In this document: piece by piece, positions 15,503 to 27,522 of the stretch
How the letters are laid out: every line of letters starts with the position of its first letter
Numbering within the stretch: the stretch's first letter is position 1
From: Ministeria vibrans ATCC 50519
Lineage: Eukaryota > Protista > Filasterea
Assembly: GCA_943704425.1 (NCBI GenBank)
Contig: CALSCP010000648.1
Location: 1 to 64,000 of the forward strand
Reading direction: 5' to 3'
Length of the DNA stretch: 64,000 bases
The notes under the pieces: model-generated
Seen by the model: the letters and a program-made list of their open reading frames with translations, nothing else
Database searches by the model: none
What the model was told of the DNA's origin: nothing
Position numbers and translations under genes: made by a program

Positions 15503-16132
15503 AGATGCGAACGACCCATTTCACTTCTTCACGCAATGCTCAGCAAACTCAAACCCGTCAGACACACAGAGAGACAATAAGAGAGAAAGAGAGGAGAAAG
15601 AAACAATGTGATAGAGGAGAAAGAAACAAATTGATAGAGAGAGAGGAGAAAGAATCAAAGTGATAGAGAGGGGGAGAGAGAGAGAGAGAGAGAAACAAGG
15701 TGATAGAGAGAGAGAAACAAAGTGACAGAGAGTGAAACAAAGTGATAGAAACAAAGTGATAGAGAGAGAAATAGTATATGTAGTGTATGTATACTGATCA
15801 AGTGTGTAGAATGGACGACTGGTCGTGGCACTTGTGCTGCCATTCTCGCCCTATGTGGAGTACACTGAATCTCATGCACCCCTTGAGACTGTCCATTTGG
15901 CTCTTCCCACCGCCTTTGAGTCGCACGCCAACCAATTTGCAAAAGTACGACATGCTCTTACTTTCGTCTTTCTGACGACTCATTCTTCTTCTTCTTAGAA
16001 CGTATTTGCACCAATGGGTCTTTCGGTTGTGTCCTTTTCGCGAGTGCCCTATCTGTGCGAGGGTGATCTTGCACGCGAATTCTATTCCCTCAACGATGCC
16101 ATATTTGTGCTCAAGCGAACGGCCGATGTGTA
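15503..16132 (+). CDS. METTL9: METTL9 (DREV) methyltransferase, 3' exons (displaced from the 5' part at 24335-25315)
   Basis: CERPISLLHAMLSKLKP|NGRLVVALVLPFSPYVE...|FAPMGLSVVSFSRVPYLCEGDLAREFYSLNDAIFVLK matches the METTL9 C-terminus (VLPFxPYVE, PYLCEGD). Confidence 0.9.
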
Positions 16133-16491
16133 AAAATCCTCAGAAGCGTGTATCTTATCTTGTAAAGCAAAGCGGCACGTTCGTGCGTCTGCCGCTGACT
16201 CGCACTTAAAATAATTAACAAGAAAAAGTAAAATAAATAAATAATAATATTATTATAATCATAGAGATACTCAATGTCAAAACTGTGTGTGCGTGTGTGA
16301 AACAAGTAACAAGACTTATGTAAACAGAGCAGCACACAATACTTACAAGTTCCCATACTTATTATTTTCTAGCAAACAATCACTATTATTATTACTGTTA
16401 ATGAGTTTCATCGTCAAGTATAATAATTATTATAATCATTATTGGCTAAAAGTATCAAACACTAATATTTGATTATCAGAATTTTTTCAAC

Positions 16492-17481
16492 ATGAATCCT
16501 TCAGACCGCACTATCATTATCGAGAGCTCGCTTGGCGAGTTTAAAGACTTTATTGTCTCACGAGGCGTATCGGGTCAGTGATTTCGCAGCACACTCAAAG
16601 CGCGCGCGTCCACTTGGAATAATATAATAATAATAATAATTCGAAGAAAATTCCCTCTCAAATTGGGAATTGTCGTCGCTCGATGGGCGCACAGGTCGTC
16701 GCTGTGACCAACAAAGGCGGCTGTGGACAGCATACTTTTGCTGATCTGTTGCGACAGCTGGCGAAAATTCCGTGTTGAGAGAGATCTAAACTTACTCGAC
16801 CCAACGTGGGTTGAGCAAGTGCCTTGGTGGTCTGTACACGCTCGCACGCGCGGTCCTTCGACACGCACGACGTCGCCTGGCTAACAATCCCCCCACGCCG
16901 CATGTTTTGTAGACGCAACGGCGCGTGAGTGGAAGAAACTGCGACGCCGGGAGCGAAATAAAAAGGCGGCGGCTGTGTGTCGCACGCGAAAGGTAGATCA
17001 CTTTGAGACGGTGCACGGCGAGCTAGACCGTGTGCGCGCCGAGACGGAGCATCTCAGGCGCAAGTGTCGCGAGATTGAGCAGCAACTGCGGCTCGTGGAA
17101 ATGGAGCGAGACCAATTGCGACAAACGCATGCGGTGTGTGAGGACACAGGGCACCGCCTGCCATTGGATGGCGGCTCACCCGTCGAATGCAGCATGTCCT
17201 CGGCGTCCTCGGATGCCTCCACGTGCGCCTCGTCGCAGTCGGCACCACCAATGGAGCTGACGCAGGCGGGGGCCATCAAGGCAGCACTGCAGGCGGACCG
17301 TGAGAGTCGCCGCCCGCCCACTCTATATTTGCCGCCAAAGGAAGCGGAGGAGACGGTGAGCGCCGTACTCAACGGAATCGACATCAAAACACCTGCCAAT
17401 GGTGAACTCATGTCGGCCGCACTCTTTTTCGACTCGCCCTTTGAGACGGAGCGCGAAGAGAGTCTCGTGCCCGCTCTGTAA
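16492..17481 (+). CDS. bZIP transcription factor with a Maf/CNC-like extended basic region
   Basis: Spliced across intron 16574-16912: IIESSLGEFKDFIVSRGVSDATAREWKKLRRRERNKKAAAVCRTRK, then a heptad zipper. Confidence 0.82.
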
Positions 17482-17739
17482 AGGGTTGTGTCTTTGCAGG
17501 GAATTTGCAATAATAATTATTATACAAATTTGTACATATACAATAAGCGACTATCTCTCTCTCACCCTCGCTCGCTCTCACTTTTGTTTCTGACAAACGA
17601 GAGAGAGAGAGGGAGGGAGCGAGATAGAGAGCGAGAAATTCAAGCGGAAATTTGCCGCTCATTTTCTTTTTTTGTGGAATTATTCTCTTTATTCTTGATA
17701 GTAATCAGAACACACAAGGGATTGAGAGAGGAGATGACG

Positions 17740-18612
17740 TTAGTCGAGGGGAAGAACCGCATTGTAATGGGCACCCAATGAGAGCTCGTGGGAGTGGAAA
17801 GCCAGCTGGACCAGGAGGGGCTGCGCTGAGGCGCCCGTGTCAAGGGTGGGCGCATTTGCACGGTGCACGCGGATCAGCGCATCAAGCACACCCGACATCG
17901 CCTGAAGGTCACACGCAGCATACAGAATAGGCCGTGAGAAAACGCAAATCGTATCCCTTTGTTCTCTTCCTCATAATCACTTTGATTCTCTCTCACTATC
18001 ACTTTGTTTCTTTCTCCCCTCTCTCTCTATCACTTGGTTTCTTTCTCCTCTCTCTCTCTCTATCACTTTGTTTCTTTCTCCTCTCTCTCTCTCCTTTTAC
18101 GTACGGTGATTTCAGGGTGTCCTCCCCACTCTGCTGTGTTTTCAATCCGATCGCAATACTCTGAAAACCCATTTTCATCCAAAGGATCCCCATTCTGCAA
18201 AAGAAGAAATCCCCGCAACAAAGTCATAAACACACACAGAGAGACATGGTCATTTTTTGAATTGACTCTTACTGGGTCCGTCAAAAATGGCACAAAGTCC
18301 TCCTTGTGGGATCGAATGTGATTGGCAGTCAACTGTCGCAACTCCTTCCAATTGTACCCTACGCATAACCCCCCGCCCAATCAGGGTTATCATTTTCTTC
18401 TCTCTTTATCGCTTTCTTCTCTCCTCTCTCTTTCTAGACCACCGTTCTCTCCACCACTTGGTATTTTTTTTTTGTTTCTCTATCCACTCTCTTTTATTCC
18501 TTACGTCCCTGCAGCTGACAGGCAATTGCCTTGTACAGACAATGTCCATCGGCATCCACTGTCTCCAGTCGCAGCCCTTGTGGCCGCAAACGCTCGACCA
18601 GCGCCTGTCTAT

Positions 18613-18654
<42 letters not shown>

Positions 18655-19338
18655 AGTAAGACAAAAAATTACTAATAAAGTACCTTTCAATGTCCCGCTT
18701 AGACGGCCCCGCATTCTCAATGCCAAGGCGTATCCTCTCTTGCTGTTCGAACCGTTCCCTCTCCTTCCCAATCAAGCCAAACAAACACAAAGAAAACGAA
18801 AAATAAAATCAGACACACTCAACAATGTCACAACCGTATAATACCTTCTTCTCGCGTCGTTTCTGTGCGCGCGACTTCTTCTCGCCCTCTTCGTTTCCCA
18901 CCTCGTCTGCAGCACCAGCCCCGTCGTCGTCGACACCCCCGTCACCAGTGCGTGTGCATGTCGCTGTCGATGCGCCTGAGTCCGCTGCTGCTGCTGCTGC
19001 TGCTGCTTCAGCAAGCTCACGCGTGTGGCGCGCAGCCGTCTCCGCCTCGAGTTCGCCAATCTCTGTTTTGGCGGCCTTGGCGCGCTTCTTGTCCCCCTTT
19101 TCGTTACAACCACACAGATACAGCAAGCGAGAGGGTATTTAGTGACGCGCTGCGCCACGCGGGTGTCCAGCGAACACAGCGATCGCACCTTTGGAACGGC
19201 CCGCTTGATTCCCTGAATGCGCGACTGCAGCTCTTTCAGTTCACGGCGATGCCTCGCCACCGTCGTCTCCACAGCAGACTCTTCCTCGCTCACTCCTTCC
19301 TCGTGTGATACACTTGCCTGCTCCTCGGCGTCCGACAT
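17740..19338 (-). CDS. OTUD6B: OTU deubiquitinase OTUD6B-like
   Basis: RHRRELKELQSRIQGIKRAVPKGDKKR; SRAQKRREKK; ADGHCLYKAI; LRQLTANHIRSHKEDFVPFL; AEWGGHPEI; LGAHYNAV. Confidence 0.92.
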
Positions 19339-19477
19339 AATTAAAAGTGTGAACAGTAATTAATCTTGAAAGATCATTCAATCTATCTCTTCAACCACTC
19401 TTCAATTGTTCTCAATTGGCATTGACAATTGTCATTTGTCAACACAATTTTGTTAAATCCATATTCATTCATTCGAC

Positions 19478-20161
19478 ATGAGCAAGCAGCAGCTGGAAGG
19501 AATCGCCATCCGCTCGGCCGTGGAGGCTGATCTGCGGGAGATCGTCGATAAACAGTGGTGTATGGCCAAGGAGACCGAGGTGCGATTTTGTGCTTCTGTC
19601 ACCTCCACCCATGTTCCCATGTATCGTTATTGTCTGCAGGACCTCGAGCTTGACAAGGATGTCTTGACAAAGGGCGTTTTGAGAGTGCTTCAATCTGTAC
19701 GTTCCCTCTCACTCACGCACTCCCATCTCACCCGATCGTCGCGGCGTCGCCCGTCCCATTCACTATAGGAAGAAAAAGGCTTCTATTTGGTGGCCGAAGA
19801 GATCGAAACGGGGGCGTTTGCGGGGTGTTTGATGATCACCAAAGAATGGAGCGACTGGCGCAATGGCGACTACTGGTGGCTCCAGTCAGTCTATGTCGTG
19901 CCTGCCTTTCGCCGGCGCGGCATCTTCTTTGCCATGGTGGATGCAGTACGCCAGCGTGGCCGTGCCGCTGGCAATGTTGCACGTCTATCGCTCTATGTCG
20001 AGCGCACCAATGAGACTGCCAAGAGAACCGTACGCACTAACCTCTTCACAGTCACACTATTGACCATTTTGATTTGTTTGTTTTTTGTGTATGTGTAGTA
20101 CGAGAAGCTGGGAATGCACCTGTCACACTATGATATGTTCGACTTGAGTGGGCCTATTTAA
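19478..20161 (+). CDS. GNAT family N-acetyltransferase
   Basis: MAKETE; CLMITKEWSDWRNGDYWWLQSVYVVPAFRRRGIF; RLSLYVERTNETAKRTYEKLGM; 3 introns. Confidence 0.88.
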
Positions 20162-20424
20162 CTCATTATGTACAACAATATAACATGTTATGATTCACAT
20201 TCGACAATTGTCACACCCATTGACCATTGAGTAATGATCAGTGCTTAAAGGTTTAACTTAAAGTTACGCAGACCGGCAGTCGGCAGACATACCCTTTTAA
20301 TTTCAACTTTTAAGGTCTGTGACTACTAATCTGAATTTACCGAACGAGTTACGTTGTCACTACCCACTTAAAATTATAATAATTATCATTTATTTTATCT
20401 GTCTCATCATTTATTTTCCCCCAT

Positions 20425-20834
20425 ATGCATCCATCAGAGATGAACGAACACATTGCCTTCCTTGTGGCGGAACACTTTGTATAAGGAGGAAAAATCCATC
20501 ACGATTGTTCTCAACCCTTCTCTCGTCACTCGTCCCTCTCCCTCTCGCCCCTCTCTCGTGCTTCCAGTCAAACCAATTGGCCGCCGGTGCAATCACGGGT
20601 GACGCTGCGGAGAGCGTGGAAGGTATGCAGGGAACGCGTGTGCGTCTGAACTCGTCTTATGTGTGTGTGTGTGTCTGTGTGTCGCAGTTGCCGTCCAGTG
20701 TCTCACCGACGCCTTCTCGCTCGACCTCTCCGACGACACAACGCGTGCCAATATGAGCATTGCTCCAGCTACCCTGCCACAGGTAGTGTCGCCGTCAAAC
20801 AGACTTCACACAATGTCGACATGACTGAATTTAC

Positions 20835-20872
<38 letters not shown>

Positions 20873-21893
20873 TGCGTCTCTCTTGAAGGTTCTGTCATTG
20901 GCAGTCGAAACGGCGCGCAAATCTCGTGCCGCCAAGACACCTGCAAGCACAGCCACCGCATCGTCTGCCACTGCAGCCCCCACAGAGAGTGCAGCGGAGA
21001 AGAAAGCGAAAGCAGACACACTGAAGACAAAGGGAAACGATGCCATGAAAGCCGGCAAGCTGGCCGAGGTAGGAAGGCCGCTGCCAGTTGCTTTTAAAAG
21101 ACATACTTATTCAAATATTGTAGGCACATGAGTTGTACTCGCAAGCAATCGACGTGGTCGGGGCGTCGTCCGAGGCGGCTGCCGTGTACTTCTCCAACCG
21201 GGCAGCAGTGCATCACGCACGCGCAGACTACACGCAGTCGCTTGAGGACGCACGCAAGGCCGTCCAGTGCGACCCCAACTTCAGCAAGGCCCACTCGCGC
21301 ATTGGGTATGCAGTAATACATATAATTTTATATTTATATAATCCCCCAATCAATTGTGTTCTCAGAGTGGCGCACTATGCATTGGGCGAGTTTGCGGCTG
21401 CGTGCGATGCCTATGAGTCAGCTCTACGCATCGATCCAGACAATGCGACGTACAAGAAGAACTTGGAAATGGCGCAGTCTAAAGTGAAGACCGCCGAACC
21501 GTCGACCGGAGCAGATGCCGGTGCGCCGGGTGCACCAGGGGGCATGCCTGACATCGCCTCCATGATGCGCAACCCGCAAATGATGAATATGGCACAGCAG
21601 ATGATGCAGGTCCCTCACTTCACACTCGCCCCGCCTCTAATCTTGCTTACTTTGAAAACGTTTGTTTATAGTCGGGCGCTCTGAATGATCTTATGTCAAA
21701 CCCCGCAATGGCGCAAATGGCCCAGGGTCTCATGGGCGGTGCGGGTGGTGCGGGCGGTGGCGGTGCGGGCGGTATGGCCAACCTCATGAACATGTTTTCA
21801 GGCATGGGCGGTGCTGGAGCGGGTGGAGCAGGAGGGACAGGTGCAGACGACGCTGAGTCGTCTCTCCCCGAATCCCTCGATTCTGTCGAATAA
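20425..21893 (+). CDS. SGTA: Small glutamine-rich TPR co-chaperone SGTA/Sgt2
   Basis: N-terminal ESVEVAVQCLTDAF dimerisation motif; TPRs ADTLKTKGNDAMK, YFSNRAA, DPNFSKAHSRIG; MMRNPQMMNMAQQMM tail. Confidence 0.92.
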
Positions 21894-21954
21894 ATTATAA
21901 ATTCCCATTTTCATTCCTTGAGGTTTACTTTTATTTTTTTAAAAAAAAATCAGG

Positions 21955-21990
<36 letters not shown>

Positions 21991-22033
21991 CAAAAATATG
22001 GGTTTTTTGCTGTTGAGTTTGGCAGTGACTTAC

Positions 22034-22382
22034 CCAATGGTGCTCTCGCTTGCCTCGTTGAAGGTGTCGCTTACAAAGCGCATTACTAACGACGACTTGC
22101 CGACGCCAGCGTCCTACACACACGACACGCAGTCAGAGGGGCGCGGGGACTGAGCGGGGGGCGGCAGTGAGACAAACGGGCATGCCGCCGCAAACCAGGG
22201 CCCGACGGGCAGAGGGGAGCGGCCGGAGGGGGTGCAGGGATGCAGGGCGGGGGCGGCGAGGAGGGCGCAACGCCCGCAGGTGTGCGTGGGGGCGTTTGCA
22301 GCGATCTCCGTTTGTGAGCACTGTCTCCATGCACCCAACTTACTCCTAAAAGACATAATTTTATCTCTCGTAATGCTGTCAT
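22034..22382 (-). CDS. RAB22: Rab22/Rab31-like small GTPase, first two exons only
   Basis: MTALREIKLCLLG|DAGVGKSSLVMRFVSDTFNEASESTIG| with GTAAGT donors; downstream exons are absent beyond the poly-A tract at ~21955-21989. Confidence 0.85.
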
Positions 22383-22567
22383 TTGTGTAAGCAAGAGTTA
22401 AATAATAAGAAAACTGTTTTATGTTTAGGTTTGAATTAAGAATTCTTAACAGTAGAGATTAGAGAAATAGAGATTACCCTTTTTTTTCATTCTCTTGTCA
22501 CAACACAGAGCATCTTGTGAGACGTCAGGAGTGTCTACTAAAGTACTGATTCGCAGTGACTGGCGCG

Positions 22568-24181
22568 ATGGACTTTCCAATCATGACGGAGGATGGCGTC
22601 AAACAGCTTTTGCAAGCGCCACCCTCCGCCGTCACCCGCCAGCTTGTCGACGGCCTCCTCTACGCCCTTGAACGATCGCATGCCGCTGCTTCCGCCGCGA
22701 ACAGCCACCCCCCGTGCGTGGACTCTGAATCAGATTGCAGCGAGACACATTTGTTTGGAAACGAATGTCATGCGAGTCCCACTGCCATTGCTGAGCTCTT
22801 TCCAGCCGTCGTGCTGCCGGCATGCGTCGCGCTGTTGCGTGCTGACGGCGACGCTCTGGCTGAGCTTGTAAGGGACTGGCCCTTTGACGACGATGGTGTT
22901 GAAACTGGACTGATGGCCCGTGACATTCCGACTCTCGTGGAGGCGGCCGATGCAGTGGCGGCCGCTGCTACTGCTCGTGACGACAATGATGAGGATGATG
23001 CGGTGGACGACGAGGACCTGGATGACGATGACTTCGTCTTCGAAGACATGGACAATGTAGAACCACCCGTGGCGGCGGCAACTGCTTCCGACGACGCCCG
23101 TTTGACCGCGCTTTCGGCAGACGTTGTGCAGCATCGTCTGCGACACTCCCTTGATCTCATGCTCTGCGCCACTTCGCTTTGGCTGCCTCATGTCACACTT
23201 GAAATGTGGGAGCGACGCAGTATATGTGAAGGATTGCGCACCTTGGGACAGGCAGTGTTCCAACACCATCCTCTCTGTTTAGCACACTTCTTTGGGGCCC
23301 TGTGTGCCGGCACACCTGCCCCACTTGTCGAGCATACAGTGTCACTCTGTGCGTCCTTCTCCAGCGCTACGTCACTACCGTCCGCCACGCCTACAACAGC
23401 GAGCACGCGTGAGGCGCTGTGTAATGCGCTTGCCGAGGCCGCTGCACACGCAACCCTCGGGGACATGTGGGTGGCCGTGCTCTTGCGCGAGCAATTTTTT
23501 GCGTCTCTTGTCGCGCACTCTTTGCTGACCATTACCAATTTTGACGAGTGGGCAGGTGGCCCCGCGCGTCTTGTACATGCGCTAGCCCAACGCACCTCAG
23601 CGGCCCCCTTACTTCTTCAGTCGGGTGTGTGGCGTGCAGCCGTTGCCGCCACTGTGCACCCGCTCACCCCGCCCGTCGCCCGCCTACCACTCCTTTCTGC
23701 TCTCATGCACGGCGCCGCCACATCTCCGTCTCTTGCCTCTTTTACGCTTGCCGTGCCTTCTCTTTGCACGCTTCTTTTCGAAAGCGAGTCGTTTCGCAGC
23801 GAATGCGCTCCCGAGCACATTATCTGGCTGGCCATTGCGCGGCGCTCTTCCGAAGCGCACTCGGCTGTGCTTGCACTCGCCCCGGAATACCCCACACCAT
23901 CACCACCACCAACAACAACAACAGCAGCTGAAGCAACATCGTCGTCGTCGTCGTCGTCCGAAGCGCTCGTGGAACGTCCGTGGCGTCGTCTTCTGAATGC
24001 GCTTCGCACCATTTCGACTGTCGCGCGTCTACCTCCACCTCTCAACGCTTCCTTTGCTACTCTTCTCACTCGTCTCTCCCGTTGCGACACAAGTGCTCTC
24101 CCGGAAAGCACCCTGTCCCTTCGTAACGACGCCATGCGACGTCTCAAGACTCTAGCGCCCGACGATCGCAAGTTGGATTGA
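22568..24181 (+). CDS. Hypothetical protein (~537 aa, intronless, helical with an acidic patch)
   Basis: Long GC-rich ORF bounded by AT-rich spacers; no family recognised. Confidence 0.75.
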   Translation: MDFPIMTEDGVKQLLQAPPSAVTRQLVDGLLYALERSHAAASAANSHPPCVDSESDCSETHLFGNECHASPTAIAELFPAVVLPACVALLRADGDALAELVRDWPFDDDGVETGLMARDIPTLVEAADAVAAAATARDDNDEDDAVDDEDLDDDDFVFEDMDNVEPPVAAATASDDARLTALSADVVQHRLRHSLDLMLCATSLWLPHVTLEMWERRSICEGLRTLGQAVFQHHPLCLAHFFGALCAGTPAPLVEHTVSLCASFSSATSLPSATPTTASTREALCNALAEAAAHATLGDMWVAVLLREQFFASLVAHSLLTITNFDEWAGGPARLVHALAQRTSAAPLLLQSGVWRAAVAATVHPLTPPVARLPLLSALMHGAATSPSLASFTLAVPSLCTLLFESESFRSECAPEHIIWLAIARRSSEAHSAVLALAPEYPTPSPPPTTTTAAEATSSSSSSSEALVERPWRRLLNALRTISTVARLPPPLNASFATLLTRLSRCDTSALPESTLSLRNDAMRRLKTLAPDDRKLD

Positions 24182-24334
24182 TTATTATTTTCATTGTACA
24201 ATAACTCAAGTGTGACATGATTGGAATAATTGTTAATCCATTTACATTTTAGTTACAATCAATTGGAAATGTCTTTTCTAGTTACAAATCTGAAATCTTA
24301 CAATCAATATTAATAATTCAACGTACCCCTGTGT

Positions 24335-25257
24335 ATGCCGCTGCGTCGGAGCCAGCCAGATCAACAGCACCAGTCGCACTTCCACTTGCTGATCGCCCTT
24401 GCTGTGCCCATCGCCTTTCTTCTTGCTGGTGTTCTCGTCGCATCCCTCACCAAGGAAATGCGAGGTCGCACGGCCGCTGTGCGCGCGCTCGTCTCGCGGG
24501 CCACCCGTTCACCCTTACGGCTCGACTCGTCGGCCTACGAAGTGAACGTGAGCGCTCTCGAGTCGCCGTTGCGCGAGGCATTTGTGCCGCTGTCGGCCGA
24601 CGAGCGCACGCGCGCCTTCCTCGACTATAGCGAGGCGCAGTCGTGGTCCTGGCCCTTGCAAACGTACTATACCATTGCCAAGGTCAGCAGCATGGCGGCA
24701 GTCCCTGGAGAGATTCTCTTTGTATAATAATGTTGCGTTGTAGTCTGTCTTGACACTCTTCATGAGTTCCACAAGCGCCAACGGTAAAACACTTGAAACT
24801 GTTGCGTGTCCGTCGCTCTTGTGCTGAACAGTACCATGCACTTGTTGTGTGCCAGGACTCTTGGGGCGTGGGCGCATGTTTGTGTGCTCTACAGCGCAAT
24901 TCCATCGGCTGCTGTTGGTGCGCGACGAAACGGACGAGGCGCAGTCGATGCTCGATGTGGGCGCAGGCGACGGATACGTCACCCGCGAACTGGCGCCTCT
25001 CTTTGACAGTGTCACTGCCACGGAGACATCGCCTCTCATGGCCTGGCGATTGCGCAGCGCCGGCTTTGAGTCTATAAGCGCAGATGATCTCAACGACGAG
25101 GCGCTGCACAATCGAAAGTTCAATTGTGTTTCGTGTCTCAATGTGCTCGACAGGTAAGGCACAATGTCACAAATACGCGCTTACTCACACTCTTTTTGTC
25201 ATTAGATGCGAACGACCCATTTCACTTCTTCACGCAATGCTCAGCAAACTCAAACCC
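24335..25257 (+). CDS. METTL9: METTL9 (DREV) protein-histidine methyltransferase, 5' exons
   Basis: NGLLGRGRMFVCS; MLDVGAGDGYVT; TETSPLMAWRL; CVSCLNVLDRCERP; N-terminal hydrophobic segment. Confidence 0.92.
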
Positions 25258-25567
25258 GTCAGACACACAGAGAGACAATAAGAGAGAAAGAGAGGAGAAA
25301 GAAACAATGTGATAGNNNNNNNNAAAATCAGGAAAAAAAAAAAAAAAAAATTCGCCAAGCAAGATCGCCAAGAAACCACATCCTACGCCTCTCCGGCCTC
25401 CCTGGCACCCATCCAGGCACCCACACCCTCTACTAACCACACAGTACACTACCAGAGCAGACGGGGCCGCACAAGCGCCTACGTGGCCCGCATGAAAAAT
25501 AAATGTCTCAACTGCGACGTCGCACTTCCAACCAAATAACCATCCATGATGATGCAACATCACAACA

Positions 25568-26692
25568 ATGCAAAACCATAATAATCGTAAATCCAGTCTT
25601 ATTCATTTCATTCTGCTCCTGAATCTGATGGTTACCCCTACATCGTCGAGTCGGCCACGAGGCAGCCCGTCGGCCATGCAGCGCGCGCGTCTCTCGCTCA
25701 CTCCCCTTTCGATATCAGTCACTTCGTCGTCTCGCGTTGCCACAACCGTCCATCCAACCCGCAGCGCCAGCCCCGCCACGCCCGCCCATGACGTCTACAG
25801 CACCACCCCAAGTCCATCTGCTAGTGTGGCAGCGTCGTCCACGCCGCCCTTGTCGCCTCAGCAGTGTCTTTTCGAATATGAAACAAAAAAAATTGTCGGG
25901 GAAATCGAGTCGTACAGTTTCGGCGCGCACGGCGTTGTCGAGATTCGTGGGGGCATCGCTCGCAAGCAAGCATCCCCGTCGCTTGACAGTCAGTCTCAGC
26001 TGCGCAACGAGGCCCGCGTCCTTGCCGCCATTCCGCCCAACCGCAACATCGTCCGATTACGTTGCGCAACGTCGACCCTACAAAATGACGACGCGACCTG
26101 CGCCGCCATTGAAATGGACGCGTGCGGGCCCAACCTGCGCAAATGCAGTCAGTCTGATGAGTGGACCGACGAGGAAGCCGTGCGCGCCATTCGCGACACC
26201 GCGCGAGCCCTCGAACACGTTCACGCGAGCGGGTTTCTTCACAACGACGTCAAAATCGACAACATACTCCGCGACCACGACAACTCCCACTACCGCCTGT
26301 GCGACTTTGGTCTGGCCTCGCCCCTTGGCGGGCCCCACGAGTTTGTCGGCACCGCCTCGCACCTTGCCCCCGAGGTCCACGATGGTCTCCACTTCTCCCC
26401 CAAGTCGGACGTCTGGTCCCTCGGCGCCGCCGCCCGCCAGCTCGTCGGCGGCCTCGCCCACCCACTCGCCGACCAACTCGACCACATTGAAGAGTACAAG
26501 TTTGCTCTGTGCCTTCGCTCTGTGCATTCCCATTTCCCGCCCAGCCGCAACGCCCCCAGCGACTGTCGCAGCGCCCTCTACGACGTCATCAATGGATGCA
26601 TGTGCTACAACGTCAGCGACCGATGGACCACGCAACACGTTGTGGCGCGTCTCGACTGTGCAATCAGCGAGACACCCCGTAGGCGCCCCTAG
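25568..26692 (+). CDS. Divergent Ser/Thr protein kinase (non-RD)
   Basis: FGAHGVV, ARK, HNDVKIDNIL, DFGLA, GTASHLAPE, DVWSLG. The true start may be a downstream ATG. Confidence 0.88.
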   Translation: MQNHNNRKSSLIHFILLLNLMVTPTSSSRPRGSPSAMQRARLSLTPLSISVTSSSRVATTVHPTRSASPATPAHDVYSTTPSPSASVAASSTPPLSPQQCLFEYETKKIVGEIESYSFGAHGVVEIRGGIARKQASPSLDSQSQLRNEARVLAAIPPNRNIVRLRCATSTLQNDDATCAAIEMDACGPNLRKCSQSDEWTDEEAVRAIRDTARALEHVHASGFLHNDVKIDNILRDHDNSHYRLCDFGLASPLGGPHEFVGTASHLAPEVHDGLHFSPKSDVWSLGAAARQLVGGLAHPLADQLDHIEEYKFALCLRSVHSHFPPSRNAPSDCRSALYDVINGCMCYNVSDRWTTQHVVARLDCAISETPRRRP

Positions 26693-26941
26693 GCCTGGGC
26701 AACGACGCAGTCAACAAATTGAACCGCTGTAACAGACGAATTCATTTAATTTTTAACCATCACGAATAAACCGCAATCATGTACTCTTAAAACTTAAAAT
26801 TAATAATAATAATTATTTTATTACAATTATAATTGTATTCAGTAACATATTGAACGTAACTGTAGCGTCGTACATGTACGTACAGTACGAGTAGTTTACA
26901 TCAAATTTTATACAACCGTGACGTGAACACAATTTTATTCG

Positions 26942-27489
26942 TCATTGTGCTCGCTCCAGACGTGCAATCACATTGGCAAGCGTCCACCGTTCGCTTGCGT
27001 CGTACACGGCACACCCGAGCACCACATCGTGCAGAGCGTCAAAGTAGCGCTCCTCAAGCGTTTGGGACTCACTCTTGTCATCGCCATGTACAAGTGAGCC
27101 TGACGGTCTCATCCAGGGTGCACAGTGTGCCTTGTTGACGGTCAAGTCGGGAAAATCGTCCGCCTGGCAGGGCCACACGGCGTCGCGCTCTTCCATCACT
27201 CCCTTCAGAGGGTTTGTGCCGCCCACCAAGACATGTCGTGCCAGCATTCCCACTGCATAAATGTCCGATTGCGCAGTGTGACGGCCGCGCGGCACTGTGA
27301 TCCCGTCGCCCTTGAGCTCGGGCGCCGCATAGGAAACGCGACCAAACGAGCACGCGCCAGCATTCTTCCGCCGTCCCTCCCAGTGGAAATGGGCCAGGCC
27401 AAAGTCGCCCAAGCGAAACGTCGACTGTGCACCTTCACTTCCATTGTGATTGTCATCCCGCATAATGTTGGATGCCTATCAAATGAATA

Positions 27490-27522
<33 letters not shown>

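Noticed and set aside
15503-16132. METTL9 as a trans-spliced or scrambled gene
   Set aside because: Overlaps at gap edges and matching poly-A junctions are explained more simply by mis-assembly.
25737-26732. 331-aa overlapping ORF on the kinase strand
   Set aside because: Alternate frame of a high-GC3 gene, with Pro/Ser/Thr-rich composition typical of off-frame translation.
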